From assembly GCA_964251665.1 (NCBI GenBank), contig CAXUKO010000005.1, positions 313,285-377,284 on the forward strand: a stretch of DNA of 64,000 nucleotides, given 5' to 3'. Position numbers and translations under genes: made by a program. Positions 9,521 through 18,716 of the stretch are shown here, in pieces (position 1 is the first letter of the stretch; each line of letters begins with the position of its first letter). Below the pieces are notes generated by a model. The model was given only the letters and a program-made list of their open reading frames with translations. It was not told the origin of the DNA and ran no database searches. The DNA is from an uncultured Cytophagales bacterium. GTDB lineage: Bacteria > Bacteroidota > Bacteroidia > Cytophagales > Spirosomataceae.

Positions 9521-10864
9521 ATGCATATTAACAAGCAGGTAAGGTGGGGGCTGGTGCTGGCGGCAACGCTGGGCATGACAGCCTGTAAAAACAATGATGT
9601 TGACCCCAACGCCGGGGTAACTGCCAGCAAGGGCACGGCTGATTTCTCACGTTATGTAGCGGTAGGTAATTCACTTACAGCGGGCTACGCCGACAATGGC
9701 CTGTACCGGTCGGGGCAGTTGAACTCGTACCCAAACATTCTGGCCGGGCAATTCAAAACCGTAGGCGGGGGCGATTTTGTGCAGCCACTTTTTGCGGCCG
9801 ATTCGGCTAATGGCTCCGGCTATCTCAAACTGATTGCCGTACCTACACTGGCAACACTGGCAAAGTCTATTGTTCAGGTTGCACCGGGGGCAGCACGGGG
9901 AGGCACGACAATGGGCGGCAGCCCGTTATTACGCAAATTCACGGGTGTTAACCAAAACCTCGGAGTTCCCGGCATTAAAATGGCCGATATCCAGACGCCG
10001 GGCTACGGTTCTGTACAGGGAAATCAATACTTCGAGCGTTTCCTTCGTGACCCATTCAAAACGTACCTCAGCTACGTCAGTGACAACATCGCCAACGCGA
10101 CGTTCTTTACTTGCTGGATGGGTAACAACGATGCGCTGGGCTACGCTACGTCAGGCGGCACTTCTCCCCTCACCGATCCAACATTGTTCCAGACAAATTA
10201 TACCGCGCTCATCAATGTGCTGACGGCCAACAGCCGCAAAGGGGCTGTGATTGGTATTCCAAACGTCACAACGACTCCGCTCTTCAATACCGTAACAATA
10301 CCGTTAATACTGGCTTCGGTTAATGCAGCTGTGCAGCAGGCCAACCCCGGTGCCCCGGCGATTGCTGCGCTGGTCATTCAGGGTAAAAACGGCATCCGTG
10401 CGTCACAGGCGGGTGATTTGGTGACACTTTCAGCGTATACAGCCGGCGCATACAGCACCATCGGCTCAACGGCGGTTGGCACTAAAATCGGCCCATACGG
10501 CTTAAGCCCTACCAATCCGCTGCCCTCGCAGCTGGTGCTGGATGTGGATGAGATCAAAGACCTGAGCGCAGCTACGGCCAACTTCAATACCATCATGAAA
10601 ACGCAGGCCGACGCCAAAGGGTTAGCCTATGTAGACCCAAATGTAGTGCTGGATCAGGCGGCTAAAGGGTTCACGCAAAACGGCGTTGCGTATTCATCTG
10701 CCTATGTATCGGGGGGCGTGTTCAGTCTCGATGGTATTCACCTCACTCCGGCGGGCTACGCGCTGATGGCGAACGAGATTATCCGCAACATCAACGCCAA
10801 ATACACCGCTACTATTCCAACTGTCGACGCCAGCCGTTACAACCGGGTTGTCGTTCAAAACTAA
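9521..10864 (+). CDS. SGNH/GDSL-type hydrolase lipoprotein
   Basis: Lipobox LGMTAC, GDSL block VAVGNSLTAGY, and a C-terminal DGIHLTPAGY (D-x-x-H catalytic block). Confidence 0.75.
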   Translation: MHINKQVRWGLVLAATLGMTACKNNDVDPNAGVTASKGTADFSRYVAVGNSLTAGYADNGLYRSGQLNSYPNILAGQFKTVGGGDFVQPLFAADSANGSGYLKLIAVPTLATLAKSIVQVAPGAARGGTTMGGSPLLRKFTGVNQNLGVPGIKMADIQTPGYGSVQGNQYFERFLRDPFKTYLSYVSDNIANATFFTCWMGNNDALGYATSGGTSPLTDPTLFQTNYTALINVLTANSRKGAVIGIPNVTTTPLFNTVTIPLILASVNAAVQQANPGAPAIAALVIQGKNGIRASQAGDLVTLSAYTAGAYSTIGSTAVGTKIGPYGLSPTNPLPSQLVLDVDEIKDLSAATANFNTIMKTQADAKGLAYVDPNVVLDQAAKGFTQNGVAYSSAYVSGGVFSLDGIHLTPAGYALMANEIIRNINAKYTATIPTVDASRYNRVVVQN

Positions 10865-10879
10865 TTCTACTGTATTCTC

Positions 10880-11677
10880 ATGAGATATCTACCCCTCACG
10901 GCGGCACTGCTGTTTACCGTTACGGTGGCATCGGCCCAATTTTCGTTTAAGGATATTCACGTCGGTATAAAAGGTGGCGGAACGGCTACGCATGGCAACA
11001 CCACCATTCCGGCGCAGCCTACCGGCATCGACAACGTGCAGGTCCCTAAACTCGACAATAAAAACAATGGCATCGGTTATGGCTATTCTGCCGGTCTGTT
11101 CGCCCGGAAAGATATGCGCAAAGGCTTTATTCAGGCCGAAGTGACCTACAACCGCTTCGTGCTGAAACAGAAGACCGACGTGACGCTCGACGTGAATGCC
11201 AACCCGGCCCTGAGCAATGCGTTGCCGGTTTCCTTTGCCCCAGGTGTATTAAATGCCAGCCTGAACGTCACGTCCGAATCGGCACTGGAATCCATCAACG
11301 TACCCATTATGATTGGTCGCCGGATTCTGGATGGTAAGGTGCGGGCGTATTTCGGTCCGAATTTCATTTTCGTGACCAGCGCCCAGGCAATACGTAACAC
11401 GGGCGGGCAAATCAACGCGAACAACACGATTGGGTTTGCTACTGTACCGATTCCAACGTCGCCCACGACCACGAACCTGCTCAACAAGTATGATGCGGGT
11501 GTGCTGGAAGTAAAGGACTTTACGTACGCAGCCGACTTCGGGCTGGGCATCTCACCCATCAAAAACCTGGACCTGGACCTGCGCTATGCCATTCCGGTGG
11601 GGAAGGTCTATAAAGACAAGAACATTGGCGGTTATCTCGGCATCGCCACCCTAACCCTTGGCTACCGGATATTTTGA
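10880..11677 (+). CDS. small outer-membrane beta-barrel protein
   Basis: Signal peptide (..VASAQ), alternating amphipathic strands, and a C-terminal ..LTLGYRIF aromatic end. It starts 15 nt after the SGNH gene. Confidence 0.6.
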   Translation: MRYLPLTAALLFTVTVASAQFSFKDIHVGIKGGGTATHGNTTIPAQPTGIDNVQVPKLDNKNNGIGYGYSAGLFARKDMRKGFIQAEVTYNRFVLKQKTDVTLDVNANPALSNALPVSFAPGVLNASLNVTSESALESINVPIMIGRRILDGKVRAYFGPNFIFVTSAQAIRNTGGQINANNTIGFATVPIPTSPTTTNLLNKYDAGVLEVKDFTYAADFGLGISPIKNLDLDLRYAIPVGKVYKDKNIGGYLGIATLTLGYRIF

Positions 11678-11681
11678 GGGG

Positions 11682-11840
11682 ATAAGTTGGTCAGTTGGTA
11701 AGTCAGTCAGTTGGTAAGTCAATAAGTCAGTCAGTCAGTTAGTAAGTCAATAAGTTGGTAAGTCAGTAACGGGGCCGCCCATGCGGTGCTTCGCTCTGGA
11801 ACACTTACCAACTTACTGACTTACCAACTTACTCCTTACC
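11682..11840. repeat. GTAAGT-rich palindromic intergenic element (REP/MITE-like), copy 1
   Basis: The left arm is a run of degenerate AGTC/AGTT/GGTA units (ataagttggtcagttggtaagtcagtcagttggtaagtcaataagtcag...). The sequence gttggtaagtcagtaa at 11754-11769 pairs perfectly with ttactgacttaccaac at 11813-11828. A related copy lies at 17189-17306. Confidence 0.7.
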
Positions 11841-12263
11841 ATTTAATGAGCCACTGCCACCGCTGCCGGTATAAATCTATAGTTCGGGGAAACGATTAGC
11901 ATCCAGATCAGCAAATCCGCCCTGTTACACGACCGTCAACGGGCAGTTGAAAGCGGGTTAGCGGGCGCTCACTACGAAACGCCCGAACCGTTACTTCGTT
12001 ACCACTGCCGTCTCCTGTAGTACTAACGTTAAAGGTATAAACGTTGACATGCAGGACTTTCGGGAAAAGCGGAGACGGACTGGTTATAAACTGACCGATA
12101 GATATAAACGGGCTTTCCGGCCGAAATCCAGACAGCAGCCAGCTAACCAATATCTATTTCGCCACTCGTACGCACATGAATCAGCCGGATTAATTCCGGG
12201 CTGAATTAACGATGAGTATGCCGGAAAGTTGAGTAATGGCAGGAGAAGTAAACGCTGAAGCGA

Positions 12264-12611
12264 TTAAGGCTCTAAGAAAATCTCGCCGATCTGCCTGATT
12301 TTCAGCACTAAAGGCAAAGCCCGACGTCCGCGGTCAGTCAACCCATACTCAACGCGGGGGGGCGTTTCGCTATGTATGGTCTTCTCAAGAACGCCAAGTA
12401 CAACTAATGCTTTCAATTCCTGAATCAGCACTTTCTCGCTGATATCCGGAATCATACGACGCAGTTCGCCGTAGCGACGGGCCTGATCACTGAGTTGTAA
12501 AATAATAAATAAACGCCATTTACCACAAATCACTTCGAGTGCTCGTTTGAGTACTTGTTGATGCGGATCGTTGGGGAGTAGTACCCGCTCGTTTTCATCC
12601 ATTTGTCTCAC
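12264..12611 (-). CDS. HxlR-family winged-helix transcriptional regulator
   Basis: 115 aa with CGKWRLFIILQL...RRYGELRRMIPDISEKVLIQELKALVVLGVLEK...PPRVEYGLTDRG, the canonical HxlR pattern. Confidence 0.85.
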   Translation of the reverse strand: MRQMDENERVLLPNDPHQQVLKRALEVICGKWRLFIILQLSDQARRYGELRRMIPDISEKVLIQELKALVVLGVLEKTIHSETPPRVEYGLTDRGRRALPLVLKIRQIGEIFLEP

Positions 12612-13039
12612 TTAATACTAACCTTTTAGTAGGTAACTTACTGATTAGTAGGCTTTTGCCTTAACTTGAGCAAAGATAAATTTTGAAACGCTCAAAGCAA
12701 TGACTTTCAATTCCGTTATACGTATTTAACTAAAAACACAGTTACTTATGTCTGATTACCTGCCTGATGGTCAGCACGAAAGCACTTGAACGGCTATTGA
12801 AAAAAGTTGTTTGCCCATACAAAAACCGGCTTTAGGTTGCCTTATCAATATTCATAGCTTACGGGTATCTGGTAACTACCGCTATTCCATACACGCCGTT
12901 CACCAGTAAAAACATTGATCCAAACTAACCTTGTTGAGTAAAGCCCTATTTTTGTAGAAATCAGGTTCTACAAAAGTAAAGTTTTTTCTGACGTATATAG
13001 AGATAATTACTTAGTGGAACTTCCCGTAAAAGTCTCGTT

Positions 13040-13963
13040 TTGCCTCTTATTTTGACTAAAAATCATTCAAAAATCTTACTTGTAGTGGCTGGGCCTACGG
13101 CCGTGGGCAAAACGTCCCTCTGCGTCCGGTTGGCTAAAGCCTTACAAACCGATGTGGTCTCTGCCGACTCCCGGCAACTGTATCGGGAACTAACGATTGG
13201 TACTGCCAAACCCACAGCAGCGGAGATGGATGGCATCCGGCACCACTTCATCGACTCGCACCCCATTACGCACTCCATCAACGCCGGACAGTACGAACGC
13301 GAAGCCCTTGCCGTGCTCGACAGGCTGTTTCAGGAGAAAGATCTGGTGATTTTATCGGGGGGAACGGGCCTGTATATCAATGCCGTCTGCTTCGGCTTAG
13401 ACGACATGCCAGTGGTTGATCCGGCTATTCGCGAAGCCCTGAAAGACCGGTTGCTCACCGATGGTCTGGCCCCACTCGTTGCGGAGTTGCGCCGGTTAGA
13501 CCCCGTTTATTGCCAAACTGCCGATCTGCAAAATCCAGTCCGGGTGACGCGTGCACTGGAAATCTGCCAGGCAACGGGACGGCCCTTCTCCACCTTTCAC
13601 CGGCAATCGACTGCCGAGCGGCCCTTTCAGCCGGTGCTGGTTGCGCTCGACCGGCCGCGCGAGGAACTCTATGCCCGCATTGATGCCCGAATGGATGTTA
13701 TGCTGGAAGCGGGTTTGGTTGAGGAAGCCCGTTCGCTCCTGCCCTACCGGCATCTGACGCCCCTGCAAACCGTTGGCTATCAGGAAGTGTTCGGGTACCT
13801 CGACGGGCAGTATGACTATGCGGAAATGGTACGCCTGCTAAAGCGAAACTCCCGGCGGTATGCCAAACGGCAGCTAACCTGGTTTCGGAATCAGAACGAC
13901 TATCAGTGGTTCAGCGCCGATGATGCAGCAGGAATTTTGAGGAAAGTTGTTCGAGTTAACTAA
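13040..13963 (+). CDS. miaA: tRNA dimethylallyltransferase
   Basis: P-loop VVAGPTAVGKTS, SADSRQLYRELTIGTAKP, and RRYAKRQLTWFRN. Only TTG starts are available (13040 or 13052). Confidence 0.9.
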   Translation: MPLILTKNHSKILLVVAGPTAVGKTSLCVRLAKALQTDVVSADSRQLYRELTIGTAKPTAAEMDGIRHHFIDSHPITHSINAGQYEREALAVLDRLFQEKDLVILSGGTGLYINAVCFGLDDMPVVDPAIREALKDRLLTDGLAPLVAELRRLDPVYCQTADLQNPVRVTRALEICQATGRPFSTFHRQSTAERPFQPVLVALDRPREELYARIDARMDVMLEAGLVEEARSLLPYRHLTPLQTVGYQEVFGYLDGQYDYAEMVRLLKRNSRRYAKRQLTWFRNQNDYQWFSADDAAGILRKVVRVN

Positions 13964-13965
13964 AA

Positions 13966-14126
13966 GTGCCGGTAGGCACGGCATCTTTGTAGATCAAGTC
14001 GGCAACAAGGTAGACGTGGTTCCATAGGAACGACATCTTGAGTTAGTCATTTAAGATGTCGTTCCTATGGAACTATTTCTCTTACCTCTCCAACTTCTTC
14101 TACAAAGATGCCGCCCCTAACGGGGC
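13966..14126. repeat. nested palindromic intergenic element (MITE-like)
   Basis: The outer inverted repeat is ggcatctttgtaga (13980-13993) with tctacaaagatgcc (14099-14112). The inner perfect 21-bp inverted repeat is gttccataggaacgacatctt (14019-14039) with aagatgtcgttcctatggaac (14053-14073). Small flanking hairpins are gtgcc-ggta-ggcac and gcccc-taac-ggggc. Confidence 0.7.
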
Positions 14127-14207
14127 TTATTCTTAACTCAAACAGCTGCAAAGGAGTAACGCCAGACGCACTTGGCGGTACTCCTTTGCGTCTTTGCGGT
14201 CAGATTT

Positions 14208-14501
14208 TTATTGTGCCCGGTAGGCCAGCATACCGCCAATCATGTTGCGGACATTGGTGAATCCACTTTCTTCCAGAATCTGCTGGGCCATAGCACTGCG
14301 TTTGCCCGAACGGCAATGCACTATTACTTCTTCATTCTGTAAATCTTCCAGTTCATCGACCCGGTAGGCCAACTCGCCAAGCGGAATAAGCGTACCACCA
14401 ATGTTGTCGGCCGCATATTCGTCCGGCTCACGAACGTCGATCAGGTTGATTTTTTCGCCAGCGTCTAAGCGGGCTTTGAGGTCTTGTACGGTAATATCCA
14501 T
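14208..14501 (-). CDS. rhodanese-like sulfurtransferase domain protein
   Basis: I moved the start to ATG 14501 because the track start overlaps the upstream gene. It has the active-site loop HCRSGKRS and is ~97 aa. Confidence 0.85.
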   Translation of the reverse strand: MDITVQDLKARLDAGEKINLIDVREPDEYAADNIGGTLIPLGELAYRVDELEDLQNEEVIVHCRSGKRSAMAQQILEESGFTNVRNMIGGMLAYRAQ

Positions 14502-14511
14502 AGACGTAGAC

Positions 14512-16395
14512 TTATTTTCGGAGTAAAATCTTTTGTACAACAGTGCGCTTTCCGTCGGAGAGCCGCAGCAAATATAGGCCGTCCGGCAGGGATTCAGTTA
14601 GGGTAGCCGACCGGTATTCGGGTGCCGTAACGATACTTTGCAGCAACCGACCACTGAGGTCAATTACGTCGATATGACTCAGCGCCGGGTTACCCCAGGT
14701 CAACTGGCCACGGGTCGGATTGGGATATACGAGTAAAGCAGCCGATGGTTCGTCGTTCACTCCCGTAATAATCGTGCTGCTGGCTGACCGCCCTATTACG
14801 GGCCGGATCATAAGCGCCCCCTGTAGTGTAGTGTCGAGTACCCAGGCCGATCCAGCAAGACTGGAAAATGTTTGCTTCCTAAAGGGAGAGTTTTTGTCTA
14901 AACCAACGGCCAACGGCGAATCGCTGTTGATCTGCGTATAACCCACGAAAAACGTATCGGTGACCATCACGCTGGTATTGAACCGGTAATCCATGAACCC
15001 GTTTCGTGTGTTACTATACTGCACCGCAACTGATTTTGAGGCCAGTCGTTGACCCGGCACGCCGTGATTGTTGGCGTAGACGCCTACCGAAAATGCCTGT
15101 CCGGTTTGATCCCTCCCCGCCGGTACAATACACATCCTGATACCGGTTAAGGTATCAGGCTTGTTCAGCACAAAACGAATGGCTACGCTCGACTGCCGAA
15201 TGTTAATTTGGGCACCCACCTCGGCTGTTCCATCGTCGAAGGCGTAGTAATCGTCCAGCACCGTCACGCCCGAAATGGTATCGTTTCGCCGGAGGTTAAT
15301 GGTTGGAATAGATGGGTTCTGGTCATCGGCGGTGAGCACATCGAACTTCGACCGCAGTACCGCCCGCGTACCAGTTGTCCCGATAAACGACGTGGGCTTC
15401 TGACTCTTTCGCTGCGAACTCAGCGCCGGAATCAGCGCCGATAGTGGTTGCTGCACATCCTGCACCAGTCGCCCCGACACTTGATCCTGCACGGTGAAAC
15501 GGTAGGTGGTGAAGTTGAAGTTGTTGAACAGGTTATTAATATCGGTGGTAACAGAATCGGCCGTTTCGGCAGCCGGATTAACCAAATATTGCCGCAGTGG
15601 CATGGCCGTATACCGTTTCAGGTAAGGACTTACCGCCTGACGACAGGCAATGTCTTTAATGTATCTGTCGAAAACAGAGCGGCCCCGGTTCATGTACAGA
15701 TAATCGATATGCCATTGGTCAAATGCCCCCGTCTGCTGGCCAAACGACTGAAAGCGGAACTGAAAACTGGCGTGAAAGTACGGCTGCGTGACCCGGATGA
15801 ACTGTTGCACAAAATTGTTACTGAACACCCCACCCGCCTGCTTCCAGACGGTTTGCCACGTGCCGTTCGCGGCCTGAAACTGCAATCGGAGCGAATCTTC
15901 CACATCCGGCAATTCACCAAAGCCTTTACGCTGCCAGTAAAAACTCAGGTAAACCGAATCGGCGACGGCATAACCCGATAAATCAATCGGCTGCGAGGTG
16001 AGCGTATCCGTAGCGCCATACGAAAGCCCGGTGCTGTTTAGCACATAAGGTGCCCCATTGGCCCGAAGCCCATCAAATGTGGCTACGTTGACTGTAGGCT
16101 GGTTAACCGGTAGTGTGTTATTAATGTACGCGCCCGAGCTGGCTACCCAAAGTTTAGGATCGGGCTGCGCCGATGATGTCGAAAAATCATCAAAAAATGG
16201 TAGTGTCAGGGCTTCTACCCGGGCCGGCGATGGCGCTACCGGACTGTCCATCCAGGGCTGAAACGGACGGATGGGCACGAGCTGAATACCTGACTGCGCC
16301 CACACGGCCGGGCCAGACAGTACCATCAGCAGGAGGTACGGCCACCAGCCGGATTTTCGGAATCGTATGGGTAAACGCGTACTTATCTGACTCAT
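14512..16395 (-). CDS. secreted protein with T9SS type-A C-terminal sorting domain
   Basis: Signal peptide (..GPAVWAQ). The C-terminal ~75 aa (LLVYPNPTRGQLTW...LPDGLYLLRLSDGKRTVVQKILLRK) has the Por-secretion CTD pattern. I do not recognise the mature part. Confidence 0.7.
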   Translation of the reverse strand: MSQISTRLPIRFRKSGWWPYLLLMVLSGPAVWAQSGIQLVPIRPFQPWMDSPVAPSPARVEALTLPFFDDFSTSSAQPDPKLWVASSGAYINNTLPVNQPTVNVATFDGLRANGAPYVLNSTGLSYGATDTLTSQPIDLSGYAVADSVYLSFYWQRKGFGELPDVEDSLRLQFQAANGTWQTVWKQAGGVFSNNFVQQFIRVTQPYFHASFQFRFQSFGQQTGAFDQWHIDYLYMNRGRSVFDRYIKDIACRQAVSPYLKRYTAMPLRQYLVNPAAETADSVTTDINNLFNNFNFTTYRFTVQDQVSGRLVQDVQQPLSALIPALSSQRKSQKPTSFIGTTGTRAVLRSKFDVLTADDQNPSIPTINLRRNDTISGVTVLDDYYAFDDGTAEVGAQINIRQSSVAIRFVLNKPDTLTGIRMCIVPAGRDQTGQAFSVGVYANNHGVPGQRLASKSVAVQYSNTRNGFMDYRFNTSVMVTDTFFVGYTQINSDSPLAVGLDKNSPFRKQTFSSLAGSAWVLDTTLQGALMIRPVIGRSASSTIITGVNDEPSAALLVYPNPTRGQLTWGNPALSHIDVIDLSGRLLQSIVTAPEYRSATLTESLPDGLYLLRLSDGKRTVVQKILLRK

Positions 16396-16398
16396 TTA

Positions 16399-17181
16399 TT
16401 ACTGAGATTCATCGGTATCCAACGGCCCCACGACCCACAGATCGACGGTACCACCTACCCGGATTCGTTCGCCGGAGCGCGGTTCGGGCTTTTGCCGAAC
16501 CACCGTACCCACGGCCTGATCGGGATCTTCGACGGGCACAATTACACCCACCTGCAGGTTAGACCCTTTGATGAGTACCTTAGCTTCGTCGAGCGGCATA
16601 CCGACAACGTTGGGAATGGTAAACATCGTATTCCCCTCACCATCGCCAAGTTCCAGGTCAATCTTCGCGCCCTTCGGTACGGGGGTACCGGGTGCAATTT
16701 CCTGACCGTTATAAAACTGCCGCAGCACCGCGTTTTTAGCCAGATCGGGTGCGTACCGAATCTCACCCACTTCCAGCCCATCCGAACGAAGCCGGAGTTC
16801 GGCAGAGCGCGAGGTCAGGCTGGTGAGCTTTGGCATGGCTACCGAAGGGGCAGTCCGTTTGGTAATGGTCACGTAAATTTTGCGGCCCTCCTTCACATTC
16901 GCACCCGGCCGGGGGTATTGAGCCAGCACGGTGAGCGGTTCCGCCCCTGCCACAAACGTACAATCGCTGACCTCATAGCGAAGGTCCCGGTCATTCAAAA
17001 ACGTTTGAAGTTCATCGGTACTGAGCCGGGTCAGGTCGGGAACCGTAATGGTTTGGCCGTGGTGGGTTGAGAACGGGAGATAAACAAAGAAAAAGCCCAG
17101 AAACAACGTCGTAAACAGGGCAAGAACCAGGCCAATATGAATCAGCAAATCAAAGGGACTGCGGGTGCTGATTTTCTTCAT
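16399..17181 (-). CDS. PASTA domain-containing membrane protein
   Basis: N-terminal TM helix followed by three ~65-aa PASTA-like repeats (VPDLTRLSTDELQ.., MPKLTSLTSRSAEL.., IPNVVGMPLDEAKV..). Confidence 0.8.
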   Translation of the reverse strand: MKKISTRSPFDLLIHIGLVLALFTTLFLGFFFVYLPFSTHHGQTITVPDLTRLSTDELQTFLNDRDLRYEVSDCTFVAGAEPLTVLAQYPRPGANVKEGRKIYVTITKRTAPSVAMPKLTSLTSRSAELRLRSDGLEVGEIRYAPDLAKNAVLRQFYNGQEIAPGTPVPKGAKIDLELGDGEGNTMFTIPNVVGMPLDEAKVLIKGSNLQVGVIVPVEDPDQAVGTVVRQKPEPRSGERIRVGGTVDLWVVGPLDTDESQ

Positions 17182-17188
17182 TCAGAGA

Positions 17189-17306
17189 TTAGTTGGTAAG
17201 TCAGTAAGCGGCTGCGCCAAAGTCGGCAAGTAGCTAAGTCCCGGCCGGTACGTGTTTCAGGCGAAGCACGTACCGACTCATTGACTTACCAACTTGCTGA
17301 CTTATC
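17189..17306. repeat. GTAAGT-rich palindromic intergenic element, copy 2
   Basis: The left arm agttggtaagtcagtaag (17191-17208) faces the right arm cttaccaacttgctgacttat (17286-17306). An inner hairpin is cggtacgtg...cacgtaccg. The arm sequence matches copy 1. Confidence 0.65.
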
Positions 17307-17332
17307 TGGTAAAAATAACGGATTACCAACGG

Positions 17333-17923
17333 TTACTGGTAGTGGCCAAGGAGTTTTTTGATGTATTTCCCCACAATATCAAACTCCAGATTGACCGTAT
17401 CACCGGGTTTGAGATCGCTAAATGTCGTGTGTTCGTAGGTGTAGGGGATGATAGTGACCCGAAAACCGTCCGCCCGCGAATCGAATACAGTCAGGCTGAC
17501 GCCGTTGATGCAGATAGAGCCTTTTTCGACAGTGACGTTACCAATGCCGGGGTCGTACTGAAAATCGTACAGCCAGCTGCCATTCATATCCTGAACGCTG
17601 GTGCAAATGCCCGTCTGATCTACATGGCCCTGTACAATATGGCCGTCGAAGCGACCGGTAGCAGGCATACACCGCTCCAGATTAACGCGGGTGCCGGGCG
17701 CAAGGTGGCCGATGTTGGTCTTCTTCAGCGTTTCGTCCACGGCTGTTACCGTATACCGGTCACCCGCAACGGACGTAACCGTCAGGCAGACACCGTTATG
17801 GCTCACGCTTTGATCAATGGTTAATTCGTGGGTGATCGGTGATTCGATATGGAACGTCAGGTTTGTTCCTTCCGTGTCAATGGCAGTCACCCTGCCGGTT
17901 GTTTCTACAATTCCAGTAAACAT
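17333..17923 (-). CDS. ribE: riboflavin synthase alpha chain
   Basis: MFTGIVETTGRV N-terminus, two lumazine-binding repeats, 196 aa. Confidence 0.92.
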   Translation of the reverse strand: MFTGIVETTGRVTAIDTEGTNLTFHIESPITHELTIDQSVSHNGVCLTVTSVAGDRYTVTAVDETLKKTNIGHLAPGTRVNLERCMPATGRFDGHIVQGHVDQTGICTSVQDMNGSWLYDFQYDPGIGNVTVEKGSICINGVSLTVFDSRADGFRVTIIPYTYEHTTFSDLKPGDTVNLEFDIVGKYIKKLLGHYQ

Positions 17924-17957
17924 AAGGTGTATTGCGGTGGCGTCGTTGGGCCACGGT

Positions 17958-18716
17958 TCAGTAGCTGGTCATGGTGAGAAACAGCGAACTGCCGAAAGGG
18001 GTTCGGGGAAGAAGCTTCTCTTCCAGCCGGACCAGCTGATACAACGTTTCATTCAGCCAGGGAGCGGGTAAGTCGACGTCCGATGTCACGGTTTTTTTGG
18101 CCGGATTCAGCCGCAGTTGCAACGCCTGCCATCGCCGGATGATCAGAATGAGTGGGGATAGAATAAAACTCCAGTAGGTCGATTGATGGATATGAAGTCC
18201 GGCAGCCGGTATCAGCGTATCAAAATCGGCCCGGACAAACCGGCGCGCGCTACCAACGGCTACGTCGTGCTCTCCCCGAAAAACGTCGAATGCGTTGTTA
18301 TTGCTGATTAGAATACCACCGGGCTTGAGTCGGCTCGCCAGTTCGCGGAGCAGGGCGGGCATAGCTAATTCGTCGATATAACAGAACACGTCATTGCAGA
18401 CGATTACGTCGAAGGTGCCGGATTCATACGCGCTCATATCGGTCAAATTAATGAGATCAACGGATAGGCCGCGTTCGTAGCAAAAAGCGACAGCATCCGT
18501 AGACCCGTCGATGCCCTGTGCGTTACCATAGCCCTGTTGTTGCAGAAACACCAGTAAACCACCCGTACCACAACCAGCGTCCAGCAGGTGAAGGTCGCGC
18601 CGGGTACCGAACTGCCGGGTGATTTCGGTTAGTACCCGCTCGTGCAGACTCCGATACCACCAGAGTTGCTGCTCGACCCGGAACATCTTTTCGTACTCCT
18701 CACGCCGACCAATCAT
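17958..18716 (-). CDS. class I SAM-dependent methyltransferase
   Basis: Motif I LLDAGCGTGG and the post-I acidic residue pattern. The start overlaps the GT2 stop by 17 nt. Confidence 0.8.
   Translation of the reverse strand: MIGRREEYEKMFRVEQQLWWYRSLHERVLTEITRQFGTRRDLHLLDAGCGTGGLLVFLQQQGYGNAQGIDGSTDAVAFCYERGLSVDLINLTDMSAYESGTFDVIVCNDVFCYIDELAMPALLRELASRLKPGGILISNNNAFDVFRGEHDVAVGSARRFVRADFDTLIPAAGLHIHQSTYWSFILSPLILIIRRWQALQLRLNPAKKTVTSDVDLPAPWLNETLYQLVRLEEKLLPRTPFGSSLFLTMTSY

Noticed and set aside
11908-12150. 80-aa minus-strand ORF (TTG start) between repeat element 1 and hxlR
   Set aside because: It has no ATG, no motif I recognise and no operon partner. It may be a remnant of a decayed gene, but I cannot support a call.
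12612-13039. Hidden gene or riboswitch in the 428-bp hxlR-miaA spacer
   Set aside because: It contains only a 13-codon ORF and short hairpins (for example 12950-12975). A near-palindrome agtaggtaacttact beside hxlR may be its operator, but I cannot substantiate anything further.
16492-17070. 192-aa + strand ORF opposite the PASTA gene
   Set aside because: The minus-strand PASTA reading has a clear repeat architecture and tight operon context. The + ORF is a shadow frame.
17924-17957. FMN riboswitch upstream of ribE
   Set aside because: Only 34 nt separate ribE from the upstream methyltransferase gene, leaving no room for an RFN element.
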